58,286 nt of DNA from Puniceicoccaceae bacterium (GCA_040830765.1 JBFOMH010000033.1:1-58286); one strand, 5' to 3'; positions 16,340-25,734 are shown, counted from the stretch's first letter. Numbers and translations are program-made. Notes: generated by a model not told the origin, from the sequence alone.

Positions 16340-18856
16340 ATGAGCGAGGCGCATCAGCGGGAAGCCGCCATTTTTGACCAAGCGATGGAATTGCCGCCTG
16401 AAGAGCAGGCGGCATTTCTTGATCGTGCCTGTGAAGGGGAACCCGTGCTCCGCGAACGCATTGAAGCGCTTCTGAAAGCGGCCCATTCGGAGAGTGACTT
16501 TTTGGATACACCCAGTGGGGTGGGTCAACGACCGCCATTGCATCGGACCGTTCTTCTTACCGAAAAGCCTGGTGACCGTATTGGCCGATACAAACTGCTG
16601 GAGCAAATCGGCGAGGGGGGATGCGGTGTCGTTTACGTTGCTGAGCAGGTGGAACCGGTGCGGCGCCGGGTAGCACTGAAGATAATCAAGCTGGGCATGG
16701 ATACCAAATCTGTCGTGGCCCGGTTTGAAGCCGAACGGCAGGCCCTGGCATTGATGGACCATCCCAATATCGCCAAGGTATTGGACGCCGGGGCGACGGA
16801 GACAGGCCGGCCCTTTTTTGTGATGGAGCTCGTCCGCGGGGTCCGGATTACCAAATACTGTGACGAGCAGCAACTCTCCACAAAGGCCCGGCTGAAGTTG
16901 TTCATCCAGGTGTGCCAGGCCATCCAGCACGCCCATCAGAAGGGTATCATTCACCGTGACATCAAGCCCTCAAACGTACTGGTCACGGTCAATGATGGCT
17001 TGGTGGTACCAAAGGTGATTGACTTCGGCGTGGCCAAGGCCACCGGCGGACAGGAGCTCACCGATAAGACAGTCTACACCGCTTTTGAACAATTCATCGG
17101 CACACCCGCCTATATGAGTCCCGAGCAAGCATTGATGACCAGCTTGGACATAGACACCCGCAGCGATATCTACGGGCTGGGGGTCCTGCTCTATGAATTA
17201 CTGACCGGCACAACCCCGTTCGAAGGGCAGGATCTCCTGAAGATAGGCCTCGATGCCATGCGGAGGATCATCCGCGAGGCCGAGCCCCCCCGGCCTTCCA
17301 TGCGTCTCAGTACCTTGTCTGGTGCGGACTTGAGCACGACGGCGCAAAGGCGTGGCCTGGAAGCGCCCAAACTCGTCAGCCAACTGCGCGGTGACCTCGA
17401 CTGGATCATCATGAAGACGCTGGAGAAGGACCGCTCCCGCCGCTATGAGACGGCCAACGGGCTGGCGATGGACTTACAACGGCATCTGGCCAATGAACCA
17501 GTTGTCGCCCGCCCGCCGAGTCAACTCTACCGCCTTCGGAAGCTGGTCCGGCGGAACAAGCTGGCGTTTGCTGCTGGAAGCGCTGTGGCCTTGTCACTCT
17601 TTTTCGGGCTTTTCGCGTCCACAGTCATGTTTTTCCGCGAACAAGAGGCGAGAAAGCAGGCAGATGAGCAGGCAGCAATTGCCCAGGCGGTCAGTAACTT
17701 CCTGCAGGAGGACATCCTGCAACAGGCCTCAAGCTGGAAACAGGAGAACTCGCACTACACGCCAGACCCGAATTTGACAGTGCGCGAAGCGCTTAAGCGT
17801 GCGGCCGATCGAATCGGGGAACGATTCACCAACCAACCGCTGCAGGAAGCAGCGGTTCAGAATGCGATTGGGGCGGGGTTTTCAGGCCTGGGCGAGAACA
17901 AGCTAGCCATTATGCACATGGAGCGGGCTTTAGAGCTGGTTCGGGCCGAACTGGGGCCAGAACATCCGGAAACGTTGGTCACCATGCGCCGACTGGCGTG
18001 GAATTACCTGCGTTTGGGAAAGCTCAATCGAGCGGTTTCGCTGTTGGAGGAAGCGGTGAAGCACTTGAAAGCAGTATTGGGGCCGGACCATCCGGAAACG
18101 CTGGTTGCGATGCGTGAACTGGGGATGAATTTTGGCCAAATGGGCAGGTTTGCCGAGGCGGAAGAGCTGTTGGAAGAAACCTTGAAACGCAGAAAGGCCA
18201 CTTTTGAGCCAGAAAACCTGGGTACCTTGCTGACGGCGCGCCGTCTGGCACTCACTTATCTGGAGTCTGGCAAAACCGAGACTGCCTTGTCTCTCCTCGA
18301 GGAGGTGATGGAACTCTCCAAGGCCAGTCTGGAACCGGATTCTCCCAATATGTCCATCATGACAGAAGCCATGGCGAAGGCTTATTCCGTCTCAGGAATT
18401 CACGACCAAGCGCTTTTGCTCGCCAAAAAGACACTGACCATTCGGCAAGTCGGGCTGGGACCGGACCACATGCATACGTTGGACTCAAAACGCAACCTTG
18501 CTTGGACATATTCCATGGCAGGCATGCTCGACCAAGCGCTTCCGCTCCATGAAGAGACTCTGAAACGCCAACAAGCCAAGCTGGGGCCGGACCATCCGTA
18601 TACCCTATTATCATTGTACGACTTGGCAGACCTCTATCTCCAAATGGACGAGCTCACCGAAGCTGAGGCACTATTGGAGGAGGCAGTGGAACGATCGAAG
18701 GCCAGTCTCGGGTCAGAAAACCTGCAAACGCGTAGATCGATGCAGCAACTCGCCGACACTTACCGTCTATTGGGCAAACTGGCCGAAGCCGAGGCATTGC
18801 ATCTCGAGCTTGTAGCGCTTGAAATCAGCCCGGAATACAAGGTGGAAGTGAAGTGA
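16340..18856 (+). CDS. Membrane-anchored Hanks-type Ser/Thr protein kinase with C-terminal TPR repeats
   Basis: IGEGGCGVVY, VALK, HRDIKPSN, DFG, GTPAYMSPEQ. TM helix LAFAAGSAVALSLFFGLFASTVMFF. LGPDHPxTL TPR repeats. Confidence 0.95.
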   Translation: MSEAHQREAAIFDQAMELPPEEQAAFLDRACEGEPVLRERIEALLKAAHSESDFLDTPSGVGQRPPLHRTVLLTEKPGDRIGRYKLLEQIGEGGCGVVYVAEQVEPVRRRVALKIIKLGMDTKSVVARFEAERQALALMDHPNIAKVLDAGATETGRPFFVMELVRGVRITKYCDEQQLSTKARLKLFIQVCQAIQHAHQKGIIHRDIKPSNVLVTVNDGLVVPKVIDFGVAKATGGQELTDKTVYTAFEQFIGTPAYMSPEQALMTSLDIDTRSDIYGLGVLLYELLTGTTPFEGQDLLKIGLDAMRRIIREAEPPRPSMRLSTLSGADLSTTAQRRGLEAPKLVSQLRGDLDWIIMKTLEKDRSRRYETANGLAMDLQRHLANEPVVARPPSQLYRLRKLVRRNKLAFAAGSAVALSLFFGLFASTVMFFREQEARKQADEQAAIAQAVSNFLQEDILQQASSWKQENSHYTPDPNLTVREALKRAADRIGERFTNQPLQEAAVQNAIGAGFSGLGENKLAIMHMERALELVRAELGPEHPETLVTMRRLAWNYLRLGKLNRAVSLLEEAVKHLKAVLGPDHPETLVAMRELGMNFGQMGRFAEAEELLEETLKRRKATFEPENLGTLLTARRLALTYLESGKTETALSLLEEVMELSKASLEPDSPNMSIMTEAMAKAYSVSGIHDQALLLAKKTLTIRQVGLGPDHMHTLDSKRNLAWTYSMAGMLDQALPLHEETLKRQQAKLGPDHPYTLLSLYDLADLYLQMDELTEAEALLEEAVERSKASLGSENLQTRRSMQQLADTYRLLGKLAEAEALHLELVALEISPEYKVEVK

Positions 18857-19404
18857 CTGAAGTTACACACCTATTGACCACGGCTGATCAGGGCGAGGCG
18901 GTGGAAGCTGATGAACTGTTGTCGCTCGTTTACAAGGAATTGCGACGGGTTGCCGCGGCGAAGATGGCCGCGGAAGCACCCGCCCAAACGCTTCAGCCGA
19001 CAGCGCTGGTTCACGAAGCCTGGCTCCGCCTCAACAGCGATAAAAGGCGGCAGTGGAATGACCAGAGTCACTTTTTTGCGGCGGCAGCAGAAACCATGCG
19101 GCGGATCCTGGTGGACAATGCCCGGCGCAAAAAGGCCATCCGCCATGGCGGCGACCGGCAGCGGGTTGAGGTGCCAGACATCCCCTCAGGAGACATCAAG
19201 AACAATGACTCGATTCTGGCCGTGAACGATGCCCTCGAGAAATTTGCCAAGCTGGAGCCAAAGAAAGCGGAGCTGGTCAAGCTGCGCTACTTTGTCGGCA
19301 TGACCGTTCAGGAAGCGTCCGCTGCCATGGGCATCTCCGAACGTACCGCCAAACGTTGGTGGACCTACGCCCGTGCCTGGTTGCACGAGGAAATCCAGCC
19401 TTAA
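18853..19404 (+). CDS. ECF RNA polymerase sigma factor, TIGR02999-type (kinase-associated)
   Basis: VYKELRRVA, TLQPTALVHEAWLRL, MRRILVDNAR, LVKLRYFVG, WTYARAWL. GTGA overlap with the kinase stop codon. Confidence 0.93.
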   Translation: MTEVTHLLTTADQGEAVEADELLSLVYKELRRVAAAKMAAEAPAQTLQPTALVHEAWLRLNSDKRRQWNDQSHFFAAAAETMRRILVDNARRKKAIRHGGDRQRVEVPDIPSGDIKNNDSILAVNDALEKFAKLEPKKAELVKLRYFVGMTVQEASAAMGISERTAKRWWTYARAWLHEEIQP

Positions 19405-19487
19405 CGGGACTGAAGAGGCTAACCTCTTTCTGGAAGAGCCCCTAGCGTTACTTTCTGCCGAATATCAGGAAAGTGTTGCCCTTACGC

Positions 19488-19515
19488 TGGCCCCTTTTCT
19501 CTAGGAATTTCGCTT
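19488..19515 (+). promoter_or_regulatory. Candidate ECF-sigma promoter upstream of the secreted propeller gene
   Basis: TGGCCC-N12-AATTTCGCTT, ending 12 nt before ATG 19528. Confidence 0.55.
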
Positions 19516-19527
19516 ATAGCAGTAGTT

Positions 19528-20592
19528 ATGAAAACTAATAATCTCTCAACTCTGCTGGTCACCGCCCTTTGTCTTTTTGGAATGATGACCCCCTCATATG
19601 CCGCTGGAAAAGGCAACGGCGGCGGCAAAGGAGGGGGCGGTGGCGGCCCGGGCGGTGGCGGCACACCCGCAGGAACCATCTATTACCTGGGTCCCACACC
19701 CGGTATCCCTGCTGGCTCCGGATCGGTTACCTTTTCCATGAATCCCGATGGCAGCAGCCAGGCACCGGTTGCCGGGGGAGGCTGGATGGCCGCTTTCGGG
19801 AAGCCAAGCCGGGACCTCCACAACAACCATCGCTGGTTTGTCGGCAGCCGGATTATCTCCGGTGAATATTATCCGGACGGAAGCCTCCGTAGAGAACTGT
19901 TCGCCTATCGCGATGATTACGATCCCAACGTCCCGGAGACGAAAGTCCAGCTGACCGATGATATCACATTGGTGGCTTCGCAACCTCGCTGGTTGCCCGG
20001 GGACGGTGCCATTTCCTTCGTTGGCAAGCGCTGGGATGGCGCAACCGTCGTTGAAGGGGGCATCTACACAGTCGACCTTTCATTTGATGTAGATGGCAAC
20101 ATCATCGGGCTGGCCGGGATACCGGCCACGCCCACCTTTTCCATGCCGCTTTTCCAGTCCTCTCCAGATGTCGGACACTACTCCTGGGATCCCAACGGCA
20201 CGATGATTGCCTACAACAAGGCCAGCGCTTACGGCATCTGGCTCGACGACCTGAGCGGGCCGGAAGTCCAGGTTTTCCATTACATAGCAGGGGGACCTGA
20301 GTGGAGCCCAAACGGGGAATCGATCCTCTTTTCCCAATCTGGCAGTATTTGGACCATAAAAGCGAACGGGAAACGGGCGGTACGCGTCGTACAGGATACC
20401 GCCGAGTGGTCCTTCAGCGAGGCACACTGGTCAACCGACTCGCAACACCTGGTCTTCAGGGGTGCTTCCAGATCGGAGAACAAGACCGATGTCTTCCGTT
20501 CCAAAGCCAACGGCTCCGAATTGACCCAGTTAACCTCCAACACAGCGCCGGACAAGTCGTACATGCCACACAACTTTTCCGCATGGCGTTGA
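19528..20592 (+). CDS. Secreted TolB/PD40-like beta-propeller protein with a Gly-rich N-terminal linker
   Basis: Signal peptide (SYA), GKGNGGGKGGGGGGPGGGG, and PD40-like motifs PRWLPGDG, SWDPNG, PEWSPNG, HWSTDS. Confidence 0.75.
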   Translation: MKTNNLSTLLVTALCLFGMMTPSYAAGKGNGGGKGGGGGGPGGGGTPAGTIYYLGPTPGIPAGSGSVTFSMNPDGSSQAPVAGGGWMAAFGKPSRDLHNNHRWFVGSRIISGEYYPDGSLRRELFAYRDDYDPNVPETKVQLTDDITLVASQPRWLPGDGAISFVGKRWDGATVVEGGIYTVDLSFDVDGNIIGLAGIPATPTFSMPLFQSSPDVGHYSWDPNGTMIAYNKASAYGIWLDDLSGPEVQVFHYIAGGPEWSPNGESILFSQSGSIWTIKANGKRAVRVVQDTAEWSFSEAHWSTDSQHLVFRGASRSENKTDVFRSKANGSELTQLTSNTAPDKSYMPHNFSAWR

Positions 20593-20691
20593 GGGGAGGA
20601 GCGAAGTCGAAAGCCGAATTGATATGAAATGAGGCCAAAATCAATCCACTATATACCTTTCACATAGCTGAATCTTTAATGAGTTTATGAA

Positions 20692-22080
20692 ATGAATAAA
20701 CTATATCTACTCTGTCTGCTCCCTGCTCTTGCCGGATTGATTCCAAACCTTCACGGGAGTGGTTATGTGACAGCTATTGCCGGAGGGGCTCAGCAAAGCC
20801 TGTTCCTGAAATCGGACGGCGCCGTCTGGGGAATAGGTGGCAATTTTGCAGGCCAATTAGGAGATGGGACAAATAGAGTTAAGTACGTCGCGGTCCACGT
20901 GATGGATAATGTTTCAGCCATCTCTGCCGGCCAATCGCACAGCCTGTTCCTGAAAACGGACGGCACGGCCTGGGCAACGGGGTGGAATGGGTTAGGCCAG
21001 TTAGGGGATGGGACAACGAGCAACAAACACACCCCGGTCCAGGTGATGGACAATGTGGCGGCCATCTCCGCTGGGAGGCAGCACAGTCTGTTCCTTAAGA
21101 CGGACGGCACGGTTTGGACAACGGGAGACAACGAATACGGCCAATTAGGGGACGGCACAAGGGCAAGGTTGGGCGAATCCACCCCTGTAAAAGCCCTGAT
21201 AGATAATGTGGCGGCCATTTCTGGCGGATGGAATCACAGCTTGTTCCTAAAAACGGACGGCACGGTCTGGGCCGCGGGAGATAATCAATCCGGTCAATTA
21301 GGAATTGGCCCATCCGATAATCCAAATGAATTAGTTCCTGTACAGGTCCTGATAGATAGTGTGGTGGCCATCTCCGCTAAAGGGTCGCACAGCCTGTTCC
21401 TGAAGACAGATGGCACGGTCTGGGCAACAGGAGGAAATGGGTACGGCCCATTAGGGGACGGAACAACGGAAGACAAATACTCCCCAGTGCAGGTGATGGA
21501 CAATGTGGTTGCTATTGCCACAGGGGGAGGTCACAGCCTGTTCCTGAAATCAAACGGCACAGTCTGGGCAACGGGGTACAATGAAGATGGCCAATTAGGA
21601 GATGGGACATGGGAAAATAAACTTACCCCGGTGCAAGTGATGGAAAATGTAGCAGCCATCTTTTCAGGGACAGGTCACAGTCTGTTCTTGAAAACAAACG
21701 GCTCGGTCTGGGCAACAGGGTACAATGAAATGGGCGGAGTAGGGGATGGAACAGCGAAAGACAAATCCACCCCAGTCCCAGTGAATCTTCCTGACGACTT
21801 TGAAGAGGGGCATGCCCTCCATCCAGCACTCGGATGGGTTTATCAGTACTCCCCTGGTTGGGCTTCGAGCCTTATCATGAACGTCATTTACCTGAATGAA
21901 TATCCGTGGATCTATCATCCCCATTTTGGCTATATCTATTTATTGGGAAATGACATTTCTCGGGGCCTGTGGATTTACCTGCACCAGCAGGGCAAGTGGG
22001 CCTGGCTGGTAGACTCCAATGGCGGGTGGTTTATCTACGCTGACGGAACCTTCAACAACTTCTTCCAGCCGGTGTCGTAA
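20692..22080 (+). CDS. Secreted RCC1-repeat protein with an aromatic C-terminal module
   Basis: Signal peptide. Seven SLFLKxxGxxW...G(Q)LGDG repeats. Trp/Tyr-rich tail (GWVY, PWIYHPHFGYIY, GLWIY). Confidence 0.9.
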   Translation: MNKLYLLCLLPALAGLIPNLHGSGYVTAIAGGAQQSLFLKSDGAVWGIGGNFAGQLGDGTNRVKYVAVHVMDNVSAISAGQSHSLFLKTDGTAWATGWNGLGQLGDGTTSNKHTPVQVMDNVAAISAGRQHSLFLKTDGTVWTTGDNEYGQLGDGTRARLGESTPVKALIDNVAAISGGWNHSLFLKTDGTVWAAGDNQSGQLGIGPSDNPNELVPVQVLIDSVVAISAKGSHSLFLKTDGTVWATGGNGYGPLGDGTTEDKYSPVQVMDNVVAIATGGGHSLFLKSNGTVWATGYNEDGQLGDGTWENKLTPVQVMENVAAIFSGTGHSLFLKTNGSVWATGYNEMGGVGDGTAKDKSTPVPVNLPDDFEEGHALHPALGWVYQYSPGWASSLIMNVIYLNEYPWIYHPHFGYIYLLGNDISRGLWIYLHQQGKWAWLVDSNGGWFIYADGTFNNFFQPVS

Positions 22081-22161
22081 CCCTAATACAAATGGCTGCA
22101 TGCGGTATCCTCCTCGGAGTGGCGAAACGAATGGGGTCATTTCGCTGACCGAAGTGCTGCG

Positions 22162-22184
22162 GAGTGAGGCATGGTGCCCGGGGC
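22162..22184. repeat. Direct repeat of the tRNA-Leu 3' end plus trailer (att-like site)
   Basis: gcatggtgcccggggc at 22169-22184 is identical to 25985-26000. The match extends to 21/23 nt (22162-22184 vs 25978-26000). Confidence 0.7.
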
Positions 22185-22218
22185 ATGACGCGCAATGAAT
22201 GCCTTAATCCAAGGCCAG

Positions 22219-24903
22219 CTACTGGCTCGTAAACCGGAACCACTTAACATTGGAATCCGGCACAGGAACCGTAATGGAGATGGATTGACCGGTTTTGGTC
22301 CAATCCAGCATGTTCTCGCTCTGTTCCACATCCATTTGGATAGTTGCCTTACCATCGATGACTTCAATCATCGTCGAACCCGGGCGAAGGTCCCTGTATT
22401 CGGATGGGGAATACTTGTTCGCGACCTCGACCTCCAAGTCGGCGACCTGGATCTGGAGCTGGGAAATTTCCTCGTTCTTTTGCGCTATTTCCGCCTGGAG
22501 TTGCGGGATAGTCGGTTCTCCGGATGAGGCTGAAGCCTGTTGAAAGCTGAAGACGGCGGACCAGGGACCGGTTCCCTGGGCATTGATTGCCCGGACCCGC
22601 CAATAATATCGGGAACCGTCTGACAAACCAGTCGGCTCAACAGACAAAGCAGTCATGGCAGCTCGCTGGAATACGACATTCTCAAATGCCTGATCGGTGG
22701 CGATTTCGATATCGAAAGCGTAAGCTGCGGCCGTCTCCTCCCAGGAAAGCCCGTCTCCTGGCTGAAGCCAATACACCGTATCGAGCCAAGGTGCTGTGGG
22801 CACGGGCATATGGGGTGCATCCGTGGAAAAATCCCTCACATTGCGAAGGACTTGGATCCTGCCCCATACGTTGATGCCCACGATGTCCAACCGGCCATCC
22901 TTATCGATATCCATGACGGTTGATTTAGAACCCCAGGCGTGGACCTTCGGGCTCAGGAGGCTGCTCACATTGCGAAAAGAGTTGTCGCCATTATTGAGGT
23001 AGAGAAAGTCGCCAAAAGCCTCACCCTCCGCATGGATATCAATCCAGCCGTCGCCGTTAAAATCGGCTGCATGGAGAGAGTAGATCCAGCAATCGGGCTT
23101 GGGCTGGTTGAAGTACGCACTCGGAAAGGCTCCTTCGAGGAGGGTAAAACTGTCATCACGGTTGTTCAGAAACAGCCAAATCCCGCCACCGTCATCGGGG
23201 ACCCCCTGATAAGCGACAACCAAGTCCAGGTAGCCGTCATTGTTCACATCCGCGGAGGCGAATTCGATGCCACCCCATGGGGGCTGATGAAAGAACTCGT
23301 TATCAATGACATCTCCACTCCCGGGAAACTGGAAGTGGCCGGTGCCATCATTTATCAGCCTGACAATGGGAAGCCGGCCGTCGCCGACCGTACCAAACAT
23401 GGCTTGGGAAGCAAAAAATACGTCGGGAAACCCATCCCTGTCGGCATCCAGCAATTCAATTACGCCTGCGGCATGCAACTGCGTGCTCTCCGGCAAGCGC
23501 TCCCGCTCAAGGGTAAACTGGCCGGTACCGTCATTAATGAAAATTTCCGGCTTACTCCCTTCAAAGCTGAACCATGGAGCCAGCCAGTTTGTCGGCTGTT
23601 GTCCGGCGAAAATGTCGATATCCCCATCGCCGTCAATGTCACCGACATCCAGACCATGATTAAGGTCGTTTAAAAGGGGCAGATGACTCGTCGAAACATT
23701 TTGCATTATCGCCTCAGCGTTGCCGAGCAACAATGTGTTCTGCCAACCCGGGAATGGGGAAATATCGATCCCCGTATCGATTAGATACAAGTCATCGATG
23801 CCGTCCGCGTTGAAATCCGCAACACTCCCACGTCGCGGCAGCATCGTTTTGACCAAGCCCAGCTTGCTATCGGTAATATCCGCAAAACTCAGATCCCCTT
23901 GGTTGCGCAAGGCTGACAATGGCTGTTCTGACCAGTCGGTAAAATCCACTTGTGTTACGATCAGGTCATCCCAGCCATCATTATCGAGATCGATGACATG
24001 TAAACCTGACGGTGGATGCGCGGTATTATAAAAAGGACCAGGCCACTCGTATTCAATTACCTCAAAATACGGATTTCCAACCGCCTCCATAGGATACTGT
24101 AGTGGACGCCAGTCCGACCAGTGACCTTGGTAAGCATTCTGATCGAGGCGCATGTCCAGTCCGTTGGGGGAGTAGTCCTGAACCACGAGGCTCTCCGGCT
24201 CATCATCAAGCTTCCAATAGGCAATCAGCCCCGGTTCATTGCCGTTCAATCCATTGCTCGCCGCGCTGTTAATCTCCCCGGGGTCAAGTCCTCTCGACCA
24301 GACGCTGACCTCGCTGATGAAGCCGACAAAATCAGATACTAGAGGTTGTGGCTCTATGGAAACCGGCGTACCAACCGAAAACCGTGCGGATTCGGCCGTG
24401 GGACTGCTGGAAAACCCAACGTTGCTGACCTCAATCCCGTCCACGTAAAGACGCATGCTGCCGGCATCGAGAACACCGGCGATATGAACCCATTCGCCGA
24501 CCGGGGGCGGTCCGCTGGACGTGGCCCATTGAACATCAACACCATCGGAGACGACAAACTCCAGCGCCCGGTCTCCGGGACGTGTCTGCAGTACCTGGGC
24601 AATGCCCGTCCCTTCCGGCCAGGCCGCAGACATCTGCCCCATCAGGACGGCTTCCCCGGGCTCATCCTCCCAGAAAAACCATCCCATGATGGTGAAGGAA
24701 TCTCCCAGATGAAAGCGCTCATCATCCGGCGCCAGGGCATATTTGACATCACTGAAACGCAGGACGTAGTCGTTGCCGGGTGGATCCACGGCCAAGCTGA
24801 AGACCGGGCCAAAACCGAGTGCAGCCGTGATGACAAACCACTTGAAGAGGCTTATCGAGGAAACTCTTATCTTCGGCGAAGCGCAATAATTACTATCTCG
24901 CAT
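22219..24903 (-). CDS. Secreted LamG-like jelly-roll + FG-GAP/VCBS repeat + Fn3-like protein with a coiled-coil and C-terminal domain
   Basis: WVHIAGV...LYVDG...LIAYWKLD (LamG-like), DxDxDGxxD repeats, YYWRVRAINAQGTGPWS (Fn3). Start placed at ATG 24903; the ORF is open to 24960. Confidence 0.85.
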   Translation of the reverse strand: MRDSNYCASPKIRVSSISLFKWFVITAALGFGPVFSLAVDPPGNDYVLRFSDVKYALAPDDERFHLGDSFTIMGWFFWEDEPGEAVLMGQMSAAWPEGTGIAQVLQTRPGDRALEFVVSDGVDVQWATSSGPPPVGEWVHIAGVLDAGSMRLYVDGIEVSNVGFSSSPTAESARFSVGTPVSIEPQPLVSDFVGFISEVSVWSRGLDPGEINSAASNGLNGNEPGLIAYWKLDDEPESLVVQDYSPNGLDMRLDQNAYQGHWSDWRPLQYPMEAVGNPYFEVIEYEWPGPFYNTAHPPSGLHVIDLDNDGWDDLIVTQVDFTDWSEQPLSALRNQGDLSFADITDSKLGLVKTMLPRRGSVADFNADGIDDLYLIDTGIDISPFPGWQNTLLLGNAEAIMQNVSTSHLPLLNDLNHGLDVGDIDGDGDIDIFAGQQPTNWLAPWFSFEGSKPEIFINDGTGQFTLERERLPESTQLHAAGVIELLDADRDGFPDVFFASQAMFGTVGDGRLPIVRLINDGTGHFQFPGSGDVIDNEFFHQPPWGGIEFASADVNNDGYLDLVVAYQGVPDDGGGIWLFLNNRDDSFTLLEGAFPSAYFNQPKPDCWIYSLHAADFNGDGWIDIHAEGEAFGDFLYLNNGDNSFRNVSSLLSPKVHAWGSKSTVMDIDKDGRLDIVGINVWGRIQVLRNVRDFSTDAPHMPVPTAPWLDTVYWLQPGDGLSWEETAAAYAFDIEIATDQAFENVVFQRAAMTALSVEPTGLSDGSRYYWRVRAINAQGTGPWSAVFSFQQASASSGEPTIPQLQAEIAQKNEEISQLQIQVADLEVEVANKYSPSEYRDLRPGSTMIEVIDGKATIQMDVEQSENMLDWTKTGQSISITVPVPDSNVKWFRFTSQ

Positions 24904-25066
24904 AATAATTTTGGTAAAAGAAAGCCAAAGGAGGTCAAATGCAGAGTTTTGTTTTTCCAAATGCGGAAAATTGTCAGCAATTTGGCAAATTATTGGCCAA
25001 TACTGGAATTTTTCTATGCCGCTAAAATGGATTTTTTAACGGAAGAATATAGATATCACCCTGAAT

Positions 25067-25122
25067 TGAGCCGATTAAGAGGATTAATCGGCTCATAAAA
25101 TAGCTTGAACATGAGCCGTTTA
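25067..25122. promoter_or_regulatory. Operator-like inverted repeats
   Basis: Perfect 12-bp inverted repeat tgagccgattaa-gagga-ttaatcggctca (25067-25095), plus a third half-site tgagccgttta (25112-25122). Confidence 0.55.
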
Positions 25123-25335
25123 TGCCGAGCTTTCCCCCGGCAATTGAAGGTCATTCGACGCATGTTGGATGAGGGCCCGGAAGGGTTCGAGGGCGGGCTC
25201 AACGCCAGGAAGTACATTAGCCTGGCCCAGGTTCCCAAAGCCACCGCTACCCGCGACCTGCAGGACCTTGCCGCAAGGCGTGTCCTTATTTCCATCGGCG
25301 CTGGCCGCGGTGCGCGCTATGAACTGAATTTGTAG
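25111..25335 (+). pseudogene. C-terminal HTH fragment of a Fic/DUF4172-family protein
   Basis: RQLKVIRRML...GFEGGLNARKY...KATATRDLQDL...GAGRGARYEL resembles the C-terminus of DUF4172-Fic proteins. The Fic catalytic motif (HPFxDGNGR) is absent. Confidence 0.7.
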
Positions 25336-25392
25336 ATTGGCGAATGTGATCCGCCATTTGGATGGGATTCCCTCGGATTTGGGCCAGTTATT

Positions 25393-25734
25393 TTAAATTG
25401 GCTGGCTTGAAACTTTAAATTGGCTGGGGATTCTTTCTGACTTGCCGGTCGTCCTGCCATGCGAAGCCCCGGGCAAAAACCGCTTACTGGAAAATGCTTT
25501 CCCCGAGTGGGACTTAAGGTAGCGTTCGAAGGCAAGCGCGGTTTGTTTGTCTGGAAATGAGATGATTGTCTGGGGCCGCCATGGCCGGAACTTTGCCGTG
25601 TAAGGCGAATGCCCACGGTTATGGTCGAGGAGTCGTTGGCTGAAATTAGTGGTGTATCCAACATAAGTCCGGTCGGGGTAGGATATGCTGCGAAGGAGAT
25701 AGACATGGTGGCGTAGGGAGACTCCTGAGGGCAT
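25393..25734 (-). CDS. Small GIY-YIG nuclease family protein
   Basis: HVYLLRS...TYVGYTTN...RLLDHNRG...YTAKFRPW...ALAFERYLKSHSGKAF. Start placed at ATG 25734. Confidence 0.88.
   Translation of the reverse strand: MPSGVSLRHHVYLLRSISYPDRTYVGYTTNFSQRLLDHNRGHSPYTAKFRPWRPQTIISFPDKQTALAFERYLKSHSGKAFSSKRFLPGASHGRTTGKSERIPSQFKVSSQPI

Noticed and set aside
20692..22080. DNA-level repeats in the RCC1 and ELW genes as diversity-generating retroelement template/variable regions
   Set aside because: The repeats are in-frame protein repeats, no adenine-specific pattern was evident by eye, and the window has no reverse transcriptase.
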